A stretch of 63,097 bases of DNA, the filler included, from Lenisia limosa (lineage: Eukaryota; Protista; Breviatea), in the NCBI GenBank assembly GCA_001655205.1. It is 15 parts of 15 records of this genome, joined end to end, with 100 filler letters (N's around TTAATTAATTAA, not from the genome) between each part and the next. Parts side by side here need not be neighbours in the genome. Positions count along the whole stretch, not along the records: positions 21,810 to 27,164 come from LPNZ01008104.1; positions 27,265 to 30,955 come from LPNZ01011592.1; positions 31,056 to 35,917 come from LPNZ01006210.1; 12 more parts are not named here. One strand, 5' to 3'. Positions 23,742-35,420 of the stretch are shown piece by piece (the stretch's first letter is position 1; the number at the start of each line of letters is the position of its first letter). Under the pieces are notes generated by a model, which was given only the letters and a program-made list of their open reading frames with translations, searched no databases and was not told the origin of the DNA. A program made the position numbers and the translations under genes.

Positions 23742-26700
23742 TCACTTCCTCAGCGCGCGAGTACGAACTCGGGTTTTACGCTTGGCTGGGGCTTTGGCAC
23801 TGTTAACCTATATTAGAGTCACAAACGTTCCCGGTAAAACAGAGCCATACTTATCACTTAAATAAACCAACCTTGGGTTTGTTCGTTGTGGCCTTTCTGG
23901 TAGTGCGCTGACGTACAGGCTTCTGAAGACACGTAGAGATTCAACACAAAGTTTGTAAAATCCAATAGTTCTCCCCATACTCATGTTGGCTTCATCCGTG
24001 GCGGGGACTGGGTTTCGATCTTGATGACCCTAGCATGAGAACATATGATGTTGACCAATTTAGTAAACAGGAAGAAAAATCTAGATAACAACGAAATGTC
24101 ACCTCATCATACCAATTCGGCAGCAGCGGCATTCTTTTTGGCTCGTTCGGCCTTGCGAAGAGACTAGAATATGAGAATATCACACAGGATTAAAAAACAG
24201 CTCCAACCCAAATCCAACTAACCTCGAGTACGCACTTTCACGTCAGCCATGAGGTTGAGTTAGCCTCGATGTTGGCAGCCTGGATGCGCCCACGGATGAC
24301 AGGGATAAGGGCGGTGGGGGACATAAAGTCAGGATGAGACTCAACAATTGCACGGTCAGACCAGGGAAGGGTCTTGTTCTCAAGGTTGACGAGGAAGGCG
24401 GCCTGCTCGTCCTGGTCAAGCTTCTTGATGTAGGCAGTGATGAGGGACCAGTCACCGTCGGAGTCGTCGCTGGGCTTGGCAGCCTCAAAGCCAGCAATGA
24501 CCTCGTCGGTCGTGAGGAGGGTTGAGTAGAGGGTGGTGCGAGGGGGGTACTAGAGAGGGATGATGAAAGCGACGGAGGGGTCAGGGAGGTGTTTGACAAC
24601 CTGCCAAGGGGAGATAGTGATGCCATTGTCAGACTTGAGGATGCCATGCGGCCTGGAAAGCGGCAAAGGTGAGGCAGGGGTCTGAGGCAATGTTGAAGGA
24701 GCTGAATTGGTGAGAAAGGAAACGCAATATGATATAAATATTCGACTACACGTCCAGCATTCATCAGTAAGAGAAGAAATCCTTCGTTTTGACAAGAACA
24801 TATTAAAGTCTATCAGCGGGGTAAATACTTAAACCTTCTTGTTACAAGATCTCCTCTTCTCTAATACTGACGAATATTTGAGTTATATTATTCCTTTCTC
24901 GGACTGTCCTCCTTTTCTTCCAAACAAGATCACTGGTGGGTTTTGAAAGAAGTTAACCCTTCATCTACGAGGTATTTCTGGAATAACTTTCCTGTTATTG
25001 TACTTTTAACTTCATTATTATTCTGTTCAATCTGTGACCAGGATGCGCTTGTTCATGCTAGACTGTGGACGAAGATTGGGTGTTCAACTTCTCAGATTTT
25101 TTTTTTTTAATTTCTCCCTCTCTCTCATACTCCTATTATTGAAATGTAAACTGGGTTATTAAGAAATAACAGTTAATATTATTAAAAACACATTTTTCTG
25201 ATGTGTTCTAGTTCTCGCTGCTGCCAACTGGATGTTGTTCTTCACTATTTGAAGGCGCACCACCAAGGCAACTACAATGACTTGGAAGTACAGACGACCG
25301 GCCTACAAGTAATGTGCTTGAGGTTTTTATTTGAAATACATACATATAATACTACATTTTTGTTGTCTTCTTGTTGCATGTTGCTGGTGTCACTTCTTTT
25401 CTTTGTTTCATCAAGTTGGTACTTACTCATACATTGATGTGGTGTAAGCACCTGTTTTTTGAAATTAATACATTGTTGAGTTAATACTGGAGCTTCATTG
25501 ATTTCTAGCATATGTTATATGGTAATAGTTATAACGGAAACGTTTACAGATATATATATATATGTGATGGTCAAAATGCGGATCAGTGGAAAAAATGCGG
25601 ATCAGTGAACAAAATGCGGATCACTTTTTTTGCGGTCACAAAATTGGAGATAACCTTCCAATAATGTGCATAAAATGCACATTTTTAACACCTGTTTTGA
25701 AAATGTATAAACCCCACATATGAAAGACAAAATTGATATCTGACCCATTGCTTGAATCAAAAAAACAAAAAAGTGATGATACTGAATATAAAATGAAATA
25801 AACTCATACCAGAAAGCAGCTTGGAGCACACGGCAACGAATATCCATAGCGTTGGAGCAGCCAAGGGGGATGAGGGGAGCCTTGCCAAGATGAACATGAG
25901 GGAAGAGTGGAGGACAGCCTTGACCACGCCAAACGTCATACGGTCAACAGGTTGGAGGACATGGGAGGGGAGGATGAAGACGTGATGAATGTGGTGGAGG
26001 CGGAGGAGGATGAGAACCATTTCGCAGTACCTGGAGGAGTGAACATCCATAACAAGTACGGCCCAGGTAGAGGGAGGGAGACCGAGACGCTTGCGCTCAG
26101 CCTCGACGGGGGATGAACACATTCTTAGCCCAGTCAGTGAAGGACTCGCGAGTCTGAGATGTAAAACAAATCTTCAAAATAAACTAGGCCTCCATGCAAT
26201 TAATTATATATCGAAAATATTTGCCAAAATTTGAAACTTAGGTGTCTGATATGGATTTATAGTTACAATATGTCTCACTTGAAATGTTGAATTACCTTTT
26301 TGTTAATTATTTGAACGGGGAGTCCTACAATAAACTAACAAACTACGTATTAATACCACATCCTCCCAAGCATACTTGCCATCCCTTGGCGGTGGACTTG
26401 ATGAGGGCATCGTACCACTCAGCGATCTTCAGCTCAAAAGAGGCGGTTTTGTTCGCAAGAAGAACGAGAGAGGGAACCTTCTTACCACTGGAGCTATATG
26501 TATGAAAAATTGCAAAAATCAAAAAATTAAAGCACCATCAACATTTGTTCAAGAATTCTATTGAGATACTCAAACCAAAAACAGAAAAGGATAACCCCTC
26601 CCCCTTCCCACTCATACCCGATAGTCCCAACAAGAGTCATGTGGGCAACCTTAGGGTCCTCCTTGGTGTAGACTATTCTGGCCTCTGCCGGAGCGAGAAC

Positions 26701-26871
26701 CTTATCCTTCTTGCCAGAACCGGAAACTACAACCATAGTTCCGTCCATGTTGTAGACGAGGTTAGAGTCAAACTCATGCTCTTTGAAGATAGCAGAGAAG
26801 TTGTCGAAGTGCTGCATGAGATTCTCCTCGGATGTGGCATCGAAACGACGGGAGTCGAAAGAGTTGGGGGT
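23742..26871 (-). pseudogene. Spliced, degenerate pogo/Tc5/Fot1-type DDE_1 transposase
   Basis: Exons 26618-26871 (LVYNMDGT..TLVGTI), 26376-26493 (SGKKVPSLV..STAKGWQ), 25810-26153 (TRESFTDW..VLVMDVHSSR..LPSHVLQPVDRMTFGVVK) with a frameshift near 26110. Phase-compatible downstream exons at 24236-24652 (in-frame TAG 24550-24552, frameshift near 24255) and a basic tail ending TGA at 23742-23744. The link to the downstream exons is inferred. Confidence 0.85.
25561..25630 (+). repeat. Transposon-end-like structure: TA|TGTGATGG plus 3x AAAATGCGGATCA at 20-nt spacing
   Basis: Read directly; preceded by a (TA)n run. Confidence 0.7.
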
Positions 26872-27449
26872 CTAAAAGGTGGGTGAAAATTATTGAGGGG
26901 GGGGTAANNNNNNNNNNNNNNNNNNNNNNNNNNNNNNNNNNNNNNNNNNNNNNNNNNNNNNNNNNNNNNNNNNNNNNNNNNNNNNNNNNNNNNNNNNAAG
27001 TTTCGATAAAGAATACTATCACGAAACGAATATTCTGAAACTCCAAATAACATAACACAAAAGAAAACAAACAATAACAAACAGAAGCAACCAACGCTAA
27101 AACTAGAAAAAAACAAGATGACAAAAACACAAAAATAAGCCCGATCCAGCCTTGTATGGGGGGGNNNNNNNNNNNNNNNNNNNNNNNNNNNNNNNNNNNN
27201 NNNNNNNNTTAATTAATTAANNNNNNNNNNNNNNNNNNNNNNNNNNNNNNNNNNNNNNNNNNNNTACGGCCGACCTATAAAGTTACCAGGTTAATAGGAG
27301 GAAAAATAGTAAGACGTGCAGCCATTTCACAAAAAAAAAAAACATGGCATTTCCTTGAGGAAAAGACCACCTCGACTATAAACCCCATCATCAACGAGAG
27401 AAGAGAAGATAGCCAATTCCCCATCATCAACGAGAGATGGCTGACCCAC

Positions 27450-30227
27450 CTGGGTTTTGAACTGAACTGAGCGATCGACTACGCTCTGGTGGATCTCCAT
27501 CATGGACGTCACGACGCCCTCGCGAACTAAATCATCGCCTACGGGTGGTTAATAAACAAAAAAAAAAAAAANNNNNNNNNNNNNNNNNNNNNNNNNNNNN
27601 NNNNNNNNNNNNNNNNNNNNNNNNNNNNNNNNNNNNNNNNNNNNNNNNNNNNNNNNNNNNNNNATATAATGTCTATATTATATTATATGTAGATCATTTA
27701 TTATATAGCAATGAGAAATACAAAAATAAGGTTGCATCTGGCCGAAGCCCCACATCATCACGCTTATAAGAGATACTAGATTATAGTATATCATGTATTA
27801 TATTAACTCAACCAGATATTTGCCTTACTACATAGCACCCCCAAACCCAGATCCACGTCATTGAGGAGGGACGCGGCAACTGACGTCAGAGCATCGTCTG
27901 GCCATCTGGGGAGTAAAATTGGAAAATTTATGAAAAAACAAAAAAAAAACCCCATCGGACAGCAACTTGGGGACAGCAGCATTTACACATATACACCTCT
28001 CCCCCACATACACATCGAACCAGTTAATGGTGCAGCAGTTCACAAGTGACGGGAACCGGCGGAGTCTTGCCCTACAGGATGTCATGAGGGGGGTAAAATT
28101 GGAAAATTTTTAAGAGCCCAAATCAACTCTTTTGACTGACAACACACGAGGATTGATAGTGTCAGAAATTGAGTTTATAATATATCGTATTTCAAATTTT
28201 GCAATTTTTTGTTCAATTAATTCCACGGAGCCCTACACAAGATACTCTCGGGCTCACCTAAACACTTCACCGATGGGACTCATACAGACAACCAGGTGGA
28301 GATGGCGTCTCACACGGCTGATGAAGTGGTCGAAGATCCTANNNNNNNNNNNNNNNNNNNNNNNNNNNNNNNNNNNNNNNNNNNNNNNNNNNNNNNNNNN
28401 NNNNNNNNNNNNNNNNNNNNNNNNNNNNNNNNNNNNNNNNNNNNNNNNNNNNNNNNNNNNNNNNNNNNNNNNNNNNNNNNNNNNNNNNNNNNNNNNNNNN
28501 NNNNNNNNNNNNNNNNNNNNNNNNNNNNNNNNNNNNNNNNNNNNNNNNNNNNNNNNNNNNNNNNNNNNTTTTTAGCGATAATTAGTGGGGGAGATGGGAT
28601 GCCAAATTTAGTGATAGCATACGAGTTTTTGGTGAGCGAGATGCCAAGGTTCTGAGCAGCAGGTCTGATGGTGTCTGTGATCGTTTCGATATCGTCGCGA
28701 TTGAAGAGGTTCGGGATCTCTCCGGAGTTAAGGATGTTGTTGATGTCTTCCATGAACTCCTCACAGACAAGCTGAATCGATAAAAAAAAAAAAAACGCTT
28801 AGTCATAAAAAAATAAAAATATACAAAAAGCTGAATCGACAAATAATAATATGCAAAATCGTAAACGCGATAAACAGNNNNNNNNNNNNNNNNNNNNNNN
28901 NNNNNNNNNNNNAAGACCCCCCCCACCTGTGTGTCATTGAAAATGAAGACGACGTTCTTAGCCTCCAGACCTGCCATAAAGAGAAGGTTCTTCATGTCTT
29001 CGCGCCACTCCAGCATGCCTAATATGGTAGTTTCGAGTTCATTTTGTTTCATTTTGTTTATTCCCAAGTAAAATACAAAGACTCAAATACAAATTGAGAG
29101 AAATCAATCTGCTCATGTATGTGCCTACAGGAATTTTCCAGTGAATCCTCGATGAATATCGATATTTTACCGGTTTTTTCCGGACTCGAGCCCTATGTTG
29201 CCCTGCTTAAAGCGAGATGTGCAACAAGTTTTTGCTATTTGCAGGGGTAGAGAGTAGTAGCATTATCACTAAACGGTGCACATCTTCGCTTTAAAGACCT
29301 TATATACCCACCATAGTTCTTTGACACCTCGATTTGGAAAGTTTCTGCCTCGAGAGCCACTGCAGCAAGTCGGGCTAAAGACTGACGCCCGCTGCCGCCA
29401 ACTCCCAAAAGAAGGGCATTGCCTAATATGGTAAGTGGTAATAAAGCATAACGAAGGAAATGGCCTAATATGGTAAGTGGCAAAGCCCAAAAGAGAGGAA
29501 ATTTTGTGGAATTTATCTCAAGTCCGCAGCCATAAGTATATTACAAATTTGATGCGTATAATAATGAATGATAAATAGAGAATGACAAAGAGCTGTAGAG
29601 ATGTGAAACAAAAGCAAGGTTATATCTGGACGAAGCCGTCCACACCATCACGCTTATATGAGATATTGGATTACAGTAGAGTACCTGGGACTTCACTTCA
29701 GCACGAAAAAGAAAGGCAAAACATCGATAGTTTTCGAGAATTTCTGTTACGGACCGAAGTGAAGCCCCAATAGTATCCTAATACAGGATGATCCTTAAAA
29801 TGGCAGAAACAGGAGTAGACCTCACCCATAGGTTGTCTGAGGATTCGAGCGATGCGACAGAAGTGATCAAGAGCATCATCGAAGAACACCAGGTTCATAG
29901 CCTGAATGATTATTGAAATTCCCTGTTGATGATGGCGAAGGTAAGGTTATTGAAATTCCCTGTTAATGATGGCGGGTTCGTGGTAATGTACCGTAAGGTC
30001 AATTGAAATTCCCTGTTAACANNNNNNNNNNNNNNNNNNNNNNNNNNNNNNNNNNNNNNNNNNNNNNNNNNNNNNNNNNNNNNNNNNNNNNNNNNNNNNN
30101 NNNNNNNNNNNNNNNNNNNNNNNNNNNNNNNNNNNNNNNNNNNNNNNNNNCGAAAGCACCGAAGTACCTTTGAAGTGTGCATAACGTTGTGATCTTCTAC
30201 GTACTCATCCACAACTTGCAGGAGTTT
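27450..30227 (-). CDS. Axonemal dynein heavy chain, AAA4 region (inner-arm-like; partial)
   Basis: Exons 30168-30227, 29826-29901 (MNLVFFDDALDHFCRIARILRQP), 29312-29422 (GNALLLGVGGSGRQSLARLA), 28927-29018 (WREDMK..FIFNDTQ), 28623-28771 (FMEDINNILNSGEIPNLF), ~28260-28340 (LHLVVCMSPIGEVF), RARLRRFPSLVNCCTINWFDVWPDDAL, 27450-27538 (IHQSV). Confidence 0.97.
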
Positions 30228-31127
30228 CTAAATGGTCATTTACTTGGAATATTACAGGAAAATTGTACAAAAATTGCAGGAATAATCACGCTTATCAGAG
30301 ATATTGAATTATAGTTTTATATTAATTCACCCAATCATTTGCTTTACTACAACCCCCCCCCCCNNNNNNNNNNNNNNNNNNNNNNNNNNNNNNNNNNNNN
30401 NNNNNNNNNNNNNNNNNNNNNNNNNNNNNNNNNNNNNNNNNNNNNNNNNNNNNNNNNNNNNNNNNNNNNNNNNNNNNNNNNNNNNNNNNNNNNNGAAAAG
30501 GACATGTGAGGTTGAAAAAAACAAAAAAAAAGGGGGGGTCTTGGGCAAAAAGTCTTGACACAATTGATTCAAGATAAAGCTCAATATCTGTGTCAGGATT
30601 TATCGCGGTCAGTGTATTTTATGTAATTACATATCGATGTATGTGTGCGGTTAAAAAGAGCACACTAATTCTCCTTCTCAGTAGGGTAAGGGGGGGGTAA
30701 TTAAGGAAATTTCAATGAAGAATAGTGAAATTGGAAAATGTACCAAACAACAACAACAAAAAAAAGAGTCCAAATCCACTCTGTTGGATGACAACACATG
30801 TGAGTGTATCTATTGAGAACAAGAAGAGACAAATAGGTACTCCGCCCGCCCCCTCCGATCTTAGGCGTTCAATGCCCCTCCGACCTTAGGCGTTCGGTTG
30901 TGACCACAGTGTTATACGGGGTGCCAAAGTGGCTCTCTACAATAGACCTGGGGGGNNNNNNNNNNNNNNNNNNNNNNNNNNNNNNNNNNNNNNNNNNNNT
31001 TAATTAATTAANNNNNNNNNNNNNNNNNNNNNNNNNNNNNNNNNNNNNNNNNNNNGCAAGGGATTAATATACCTGGGGGTGTGGGGTGGGAGCTGAAATG
31101 TTGGGGAGGGGGGATACAGTCAATGGT

Positions 31128-31201
31128 TTCCAAAAGTTACCCAGTTTTAGATTGATACATGCAGTGCCAAAAGTTACCCAGTTTAGATTGATACATGCAG
31201 T
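31128..31201. repeat. 37-bp tandem duplication
   Basis: CCAAAAGTTACCCAGTTT(T)AGATTGATACATGCAGT x2. Confidence 0.85.
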
Positions 31202-31204
31202 ACT

Positions 31205-34200
31205 ATTTCCGAGGACGTCTACGTCGAGATCAGATTTTGCGAACCTGTAAGCCACTTTTACTACCCCCCCCCCCCCCNNNNNNNNNNNNNNNNNNNNNNN
31301 NNNNNNNNNNNNNNNNNNNNNNNNNNNNNNNNNNNNNNNNNNNNNNNNNNNNNNNNNNNNNNNNNNNNNNNNNNNNNNNNNNNNNNNNNNNNNNNNNNNN
31401 TGTTTTCTGTTTCATAAATTTTCCAATTTCCCCCAGTCCAAAAACTGTATTTTATTCACGTGCACTTCAATTTCGGTTTCACACTGTCGCAAAAGATTGA
31501 ATTTCTCTATAATTCTTCAGTTCTCTTCGGTAAAATAAATAAATTGGGATATTCACGTGTTGTTGCTCTTAAATGCTAATGTATTTCTTTACTCATCTGC
31601 ACATCTAAACCACCTTGGGTTAACTCCCCGCTAGGATGAAATTGAGAGGGCTGTCTGTTTGCGAGTTCACCCCATTCCCGACACACTGATTCGAGGTTGT
31701 TGGGGTTGGTGCTTGATAAGGCAAGATTGTGGTATTGATTAGCAATCTAATTGATAATTTTTTTTTCAACAATTGTCAAGTTAATTTTGTTCATTTGTAA
31801 ATTAAAGAGTGTCATAAACCACAGTTCGAATTTATCATTATTTTTACTAATACGAAAAGTGCAAGTAATGACACTATTAATGCAAACAACACATCATTAA
31901 CAAACTAAAAAAGTGATGAACACGGTAATAATAGTAACCCCCCAGTGATGATGCTCTTCAAAGTCCGAAGAGACCCTCGAATGAAGGTCAACAAGCCTCC
32001 CTATAGGGCCTTGAAAAAACGCCTCCCTAAACCGCCTAAGAGAACTGTTGGGGGAGGGTGGGAGTGTTGTCTGTTTGCACTTTGTTTGTATGAATCGTCT
32101 ATTTTTACTCACCTCCTATTTCGCTTACATCTGAAAATGATTTAAACTGGTATCTTGTAGAAATAGTTGAGAATATTGGATGCAGGATTGTGGCTCTGTG
32201 CCCCACATCGGCTCATCGACTTAGAAATCCCGTGTAGTTTTTGGAAATTCTTTAAATGTCTTCTGATATCCAGAGTAATTACAATGGAAAGCTATCCCAT
32301 TTTCTCTAGCATTCTCGTCCATCTTCTAGAAGTCAATCTCACCGCCGCTAACCCCCTCTCCGTCTACCCAGTCTCTAGTAACTTATTACTATAGTTGAAT
32401 ACTTCTTCCTCCCCCATCCCCCGTAACTTTTCAGGGCTTCACAGTGGTGGAATGGGGCGGTATGCGCCTCCCTCTCGAAGATGTCAACCTTTCGGATGTT
32501 GAGGTTGGAGGACTTCACTTAGGTCCGAAAAAAGACTGAATTTCTCAATAAATCCTCGAAAACTATCGGTAGTTTGATGGTCTTTTTCGAACCGGAGTGA
32601 AGCCCTTTTAATATTGTGAATGGGTTAAGGGGTTTTTTGAGGGGGGCTATGTTTGGTGGCCAATATGACGCATGTATGTATACTATATGTAGTAGGATAT
32701 GGGCTATCAACCCCCAACCCTCCGCTAAAATATGCATATGATACATTGATAATCCCACCCAACCAACACCGCAGTTATCGCGCAAGCCGCAAAAGGAATA
32801 CGAAGAAGACCTCGGTCCTCTAAAGGACTACGTACCACCCACTCTCTACGCCCAACGCCCTTCCCCCTGGAACAATCAGGCCCCGCCGGATGTCTACGAG
32901 AAGGTGAGCCTGGCTAAAAATGTAAAAAGGAGGTGGTTGTAAACGCGTAGAGTTGCAAATGTTGTTTCAAAAATTGGCCATTTATCTTGTAAATGCCACC
33001 TTTATTATTTATCTTTACTCTGGTCATTACAAATGATTGTTACATAGTATAATAGAGTAGTTATCGTATAATATAATAGTAGTTTTTTATTATAATTTCT
33101 TGACCAGTAGTTGTACATATATTATTATTTCTTGACTGCTTTAGTGTTCAAAAGAGTATCGTCAATGGATAGAACGCGTTCCGGATATCATCAATAACCA
33201 GGTTGGGGGGTACTATCAATCAATAACCAGGTGTACGTGTGAGGGTATATTTTATTGAGGTATTTGGTATTAAGCTACACTTTCCGTTCAAAAAGACTGA
33301 AAATTATCCACATCTATCGAGGATTTATGGAGGGTTTATTGAGGGTTTGTCAAAGTCGAGGATTATCGAGGATTTATTGAGGGTTTATCGAGGGTTTATC
33401 GAGGGTTTATCGAGGGTTTATCGACGNNNNNNNNNNNNNNNNNNNNNNNNNNNNNNNNNNNNNNNNNNNNNNNNNNNNNNNNNNNNNNNNNNNNNNNNNN
33501 NNNNNNNNNNNNNNNNNNNNNNNNNNNNNNNNNNNNNNNNNNNNNNNNNNNNNNNNNNNNNNNNNNNNNNNNNNNNNNNNNNNNNNNNNNNNNNNNNNNN
33601 NNNNNNNNNNNNNNNNNNNNNNNNNNNNNNNNNNNNNNNNNNNNNNNNNNNNNNNNNNNNNNNNNNNNNNNNNNNNTTTTTTTTTTTCATAACTTCCAAT
33701 TTTACTCCCCCTCCCCCCTAGGTCGACCAAATGTACGAAGTTGATGAGCAAAACGAGAAAGCCACGGAGGCTGCCTTCGAGAAGATGCGCATTGAGCGCC
33801 AGCGTCGCGATAAGGAGCGTGAGGAACGTAAGGCGGCCGAAAAGGCGGCTTTGGCCAAACAGAAAGCCGATATTAATGCCCATGACCCTGAATTGCAGGT
33901 ATGTTTTGGGTGTTGATGAAACAAAAATCCTGAATCAACTCAACATGGGAAACACATATACACCGAAATTGCATCTCGTGGGTCCGTACAATTAATTATT
34001 GAAATCAATTTCTAATATACCCACGTCTCATTTTGCACTTTTCTTCTCATTAATTGACAGAGTTCTTGTAAGTTTTACTAAAAAACATTATAATCCTACG
34101 ATTTTGTAAGGTCTAGTAGGGATTGTAAATGTTATAATATCTGTTATTCACAGAGCTTCAATTTCTGTCCAAATATTAATGCAATCCTCGATAAATACAC

Positions 34201-34353
34201 TCTCCCCTTCCTCCACCACCTATCACCCTCCTACAGGCCCCAGACGATCCGGAAATGCCGGTGTTGGTGAAGTCAATGAAAGACGTGAAACTGCAAAAGA
34301 AGAAGGCGGAAGAGGAGCGAAAGAAGAAGTTGAAAGAAGAGAAGAAGAAGTGA
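31205..34353 (+). CDS. Multi-exon protein of unknown function with a charged coiled-coil C-terminus
   Basis: In-phase exons 32775-32903 (..PWNNQAPPDVYEK), 33722-33898 (VDQMYEVDE..KADINAHDPELQ), 34237-34353 (APDDPEMP..KEEKKK-TGA); upstream exons near 31205, 31637, 31946, 32434 are less certain. Confidence 0.65.
32508..32606. mobile_element. Family A MITE
   Basis: GGACTTCACTTAGGTCCGAAAAAAGAC...GTCTTTTTCGAACCGGAGTGAAGCCCT. Confidence 0.78.
33330..33425. repeat. 11-bp tandem repeat (GAGGGTTTATC)n inside a degenerate family A MITE, running into a gap
   Basis: At least 4 clean units plus degenerate ones, following TTCCGTTCAAAAAGACTG. Confidence 0.8.
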
Positions 34354-35129
34354 AAGAGATGATAAAGATGTGACGAGGGATGGTTGGTATGGTAGTGAGG
34401 TGAAGTTTCTTTGTGGTAGTGTTTTCTCGTTTTCTTGGCTTTTCATGAAGGTTAGTCAAATGTCAAGTACCGGGCATTATATCATATGATATACTAGATA
34501 TATGCATGTATTATATTATTTATAGAAATGAGTAATAACAAGAAGACTATAAATGGTGTTGAATCCGTGCATACTCACGCTTATAGATGTTTGTTGGCTT
34601 ATAATGCTATTATACTTGTTGATGCCAGGGAACAACACATATAATAAATAGGTATAAAATCATGATATCTTTATAACCTTTCAAAAAACCCATATTTATT
34701 AAAAACCACAAAAATGATGAAATGTTGTGATCCAAGACAAAAGGGTCAGGACTTATTTCGTTCAGTATATATATATATCGATATATGAATGTATATAATA
34801 CATATTATATTAAATTATCTAGGAATCCGTCAAAAGTGTGAAAATAGTGTCATTCTGGGACTTGTTGAATATTTCAATTTTGCGTTTGTGCTTTAAAATG
34901 TACTCTCCACTCTGGGGGAGGGGTGTCACCCCAATGAATATTTCTCACACTTCTTCCAGAATCACACCATCCATAATACCACAACCATAAGAAATAAAGA
35001 ACACTACTGGGGGCTATGCATGCCCAATTTCGTGTCGAAAAGGAGTCGAAGCATCTTCTGCTGATGTGTGTGATGCTAAATCGTGAGAAGAGAATGGAAT
35101 ATGACTAGATGAGAATAATCAAACAAACC

Positions 35130-35420
35130 TTCTTAAACCTCTTTTGTACGGCTCCCTCGAAAAGCCCTATGAAAACCACGGCAACAACGGCGGACAAGGG
35201 CATCGTCCAAATGAGACTGATGTTCAACACGGTGGTGTCTGGGGGGGGGGGNNNNNNNNNNNNNNNNNNNNNNNNNNNNNNNNNNNNNNNNNNNNNNNNN
35301 NNNNNNNNNNNNNNNNNNNNNNACAAAAGAAACCCCGGGATGATAACAACCAAGTTGATAACGAGGAATGTCTGAAGAGGAACAACATACGTTGTTTCAC
35401 TTCTTTAAATGGTAGTTGCC
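35130..35420 (-). CDS. Exon fragments of a probable multi-pass membrane protein
   Basis: TFLVINLVVIIPGFLL and DTTVLNISLIWTMPLSAVVAVVFIGLFEGAVQKR, bounded by AG/GT. Confidence 0.45.

Noticed and set aside
24550-24552. In-frame TAG inside a long, codon-biased open frame, suggesting UAG reassignment (as in some fornicates and ciliates)
   Set aside because: The same unit carries frameshifts, so it is a pseudogene. Well over a thousand codons of conserved exons (NAT10, dynein, TOR1-like, GPN2, cyclase) contain no in-frame TAG or TAA.
33330-33425. GGGTTTA-containing array as an interstitial telomere
   Set aside because: The unit is 11 bp and derives from the MITE interior.
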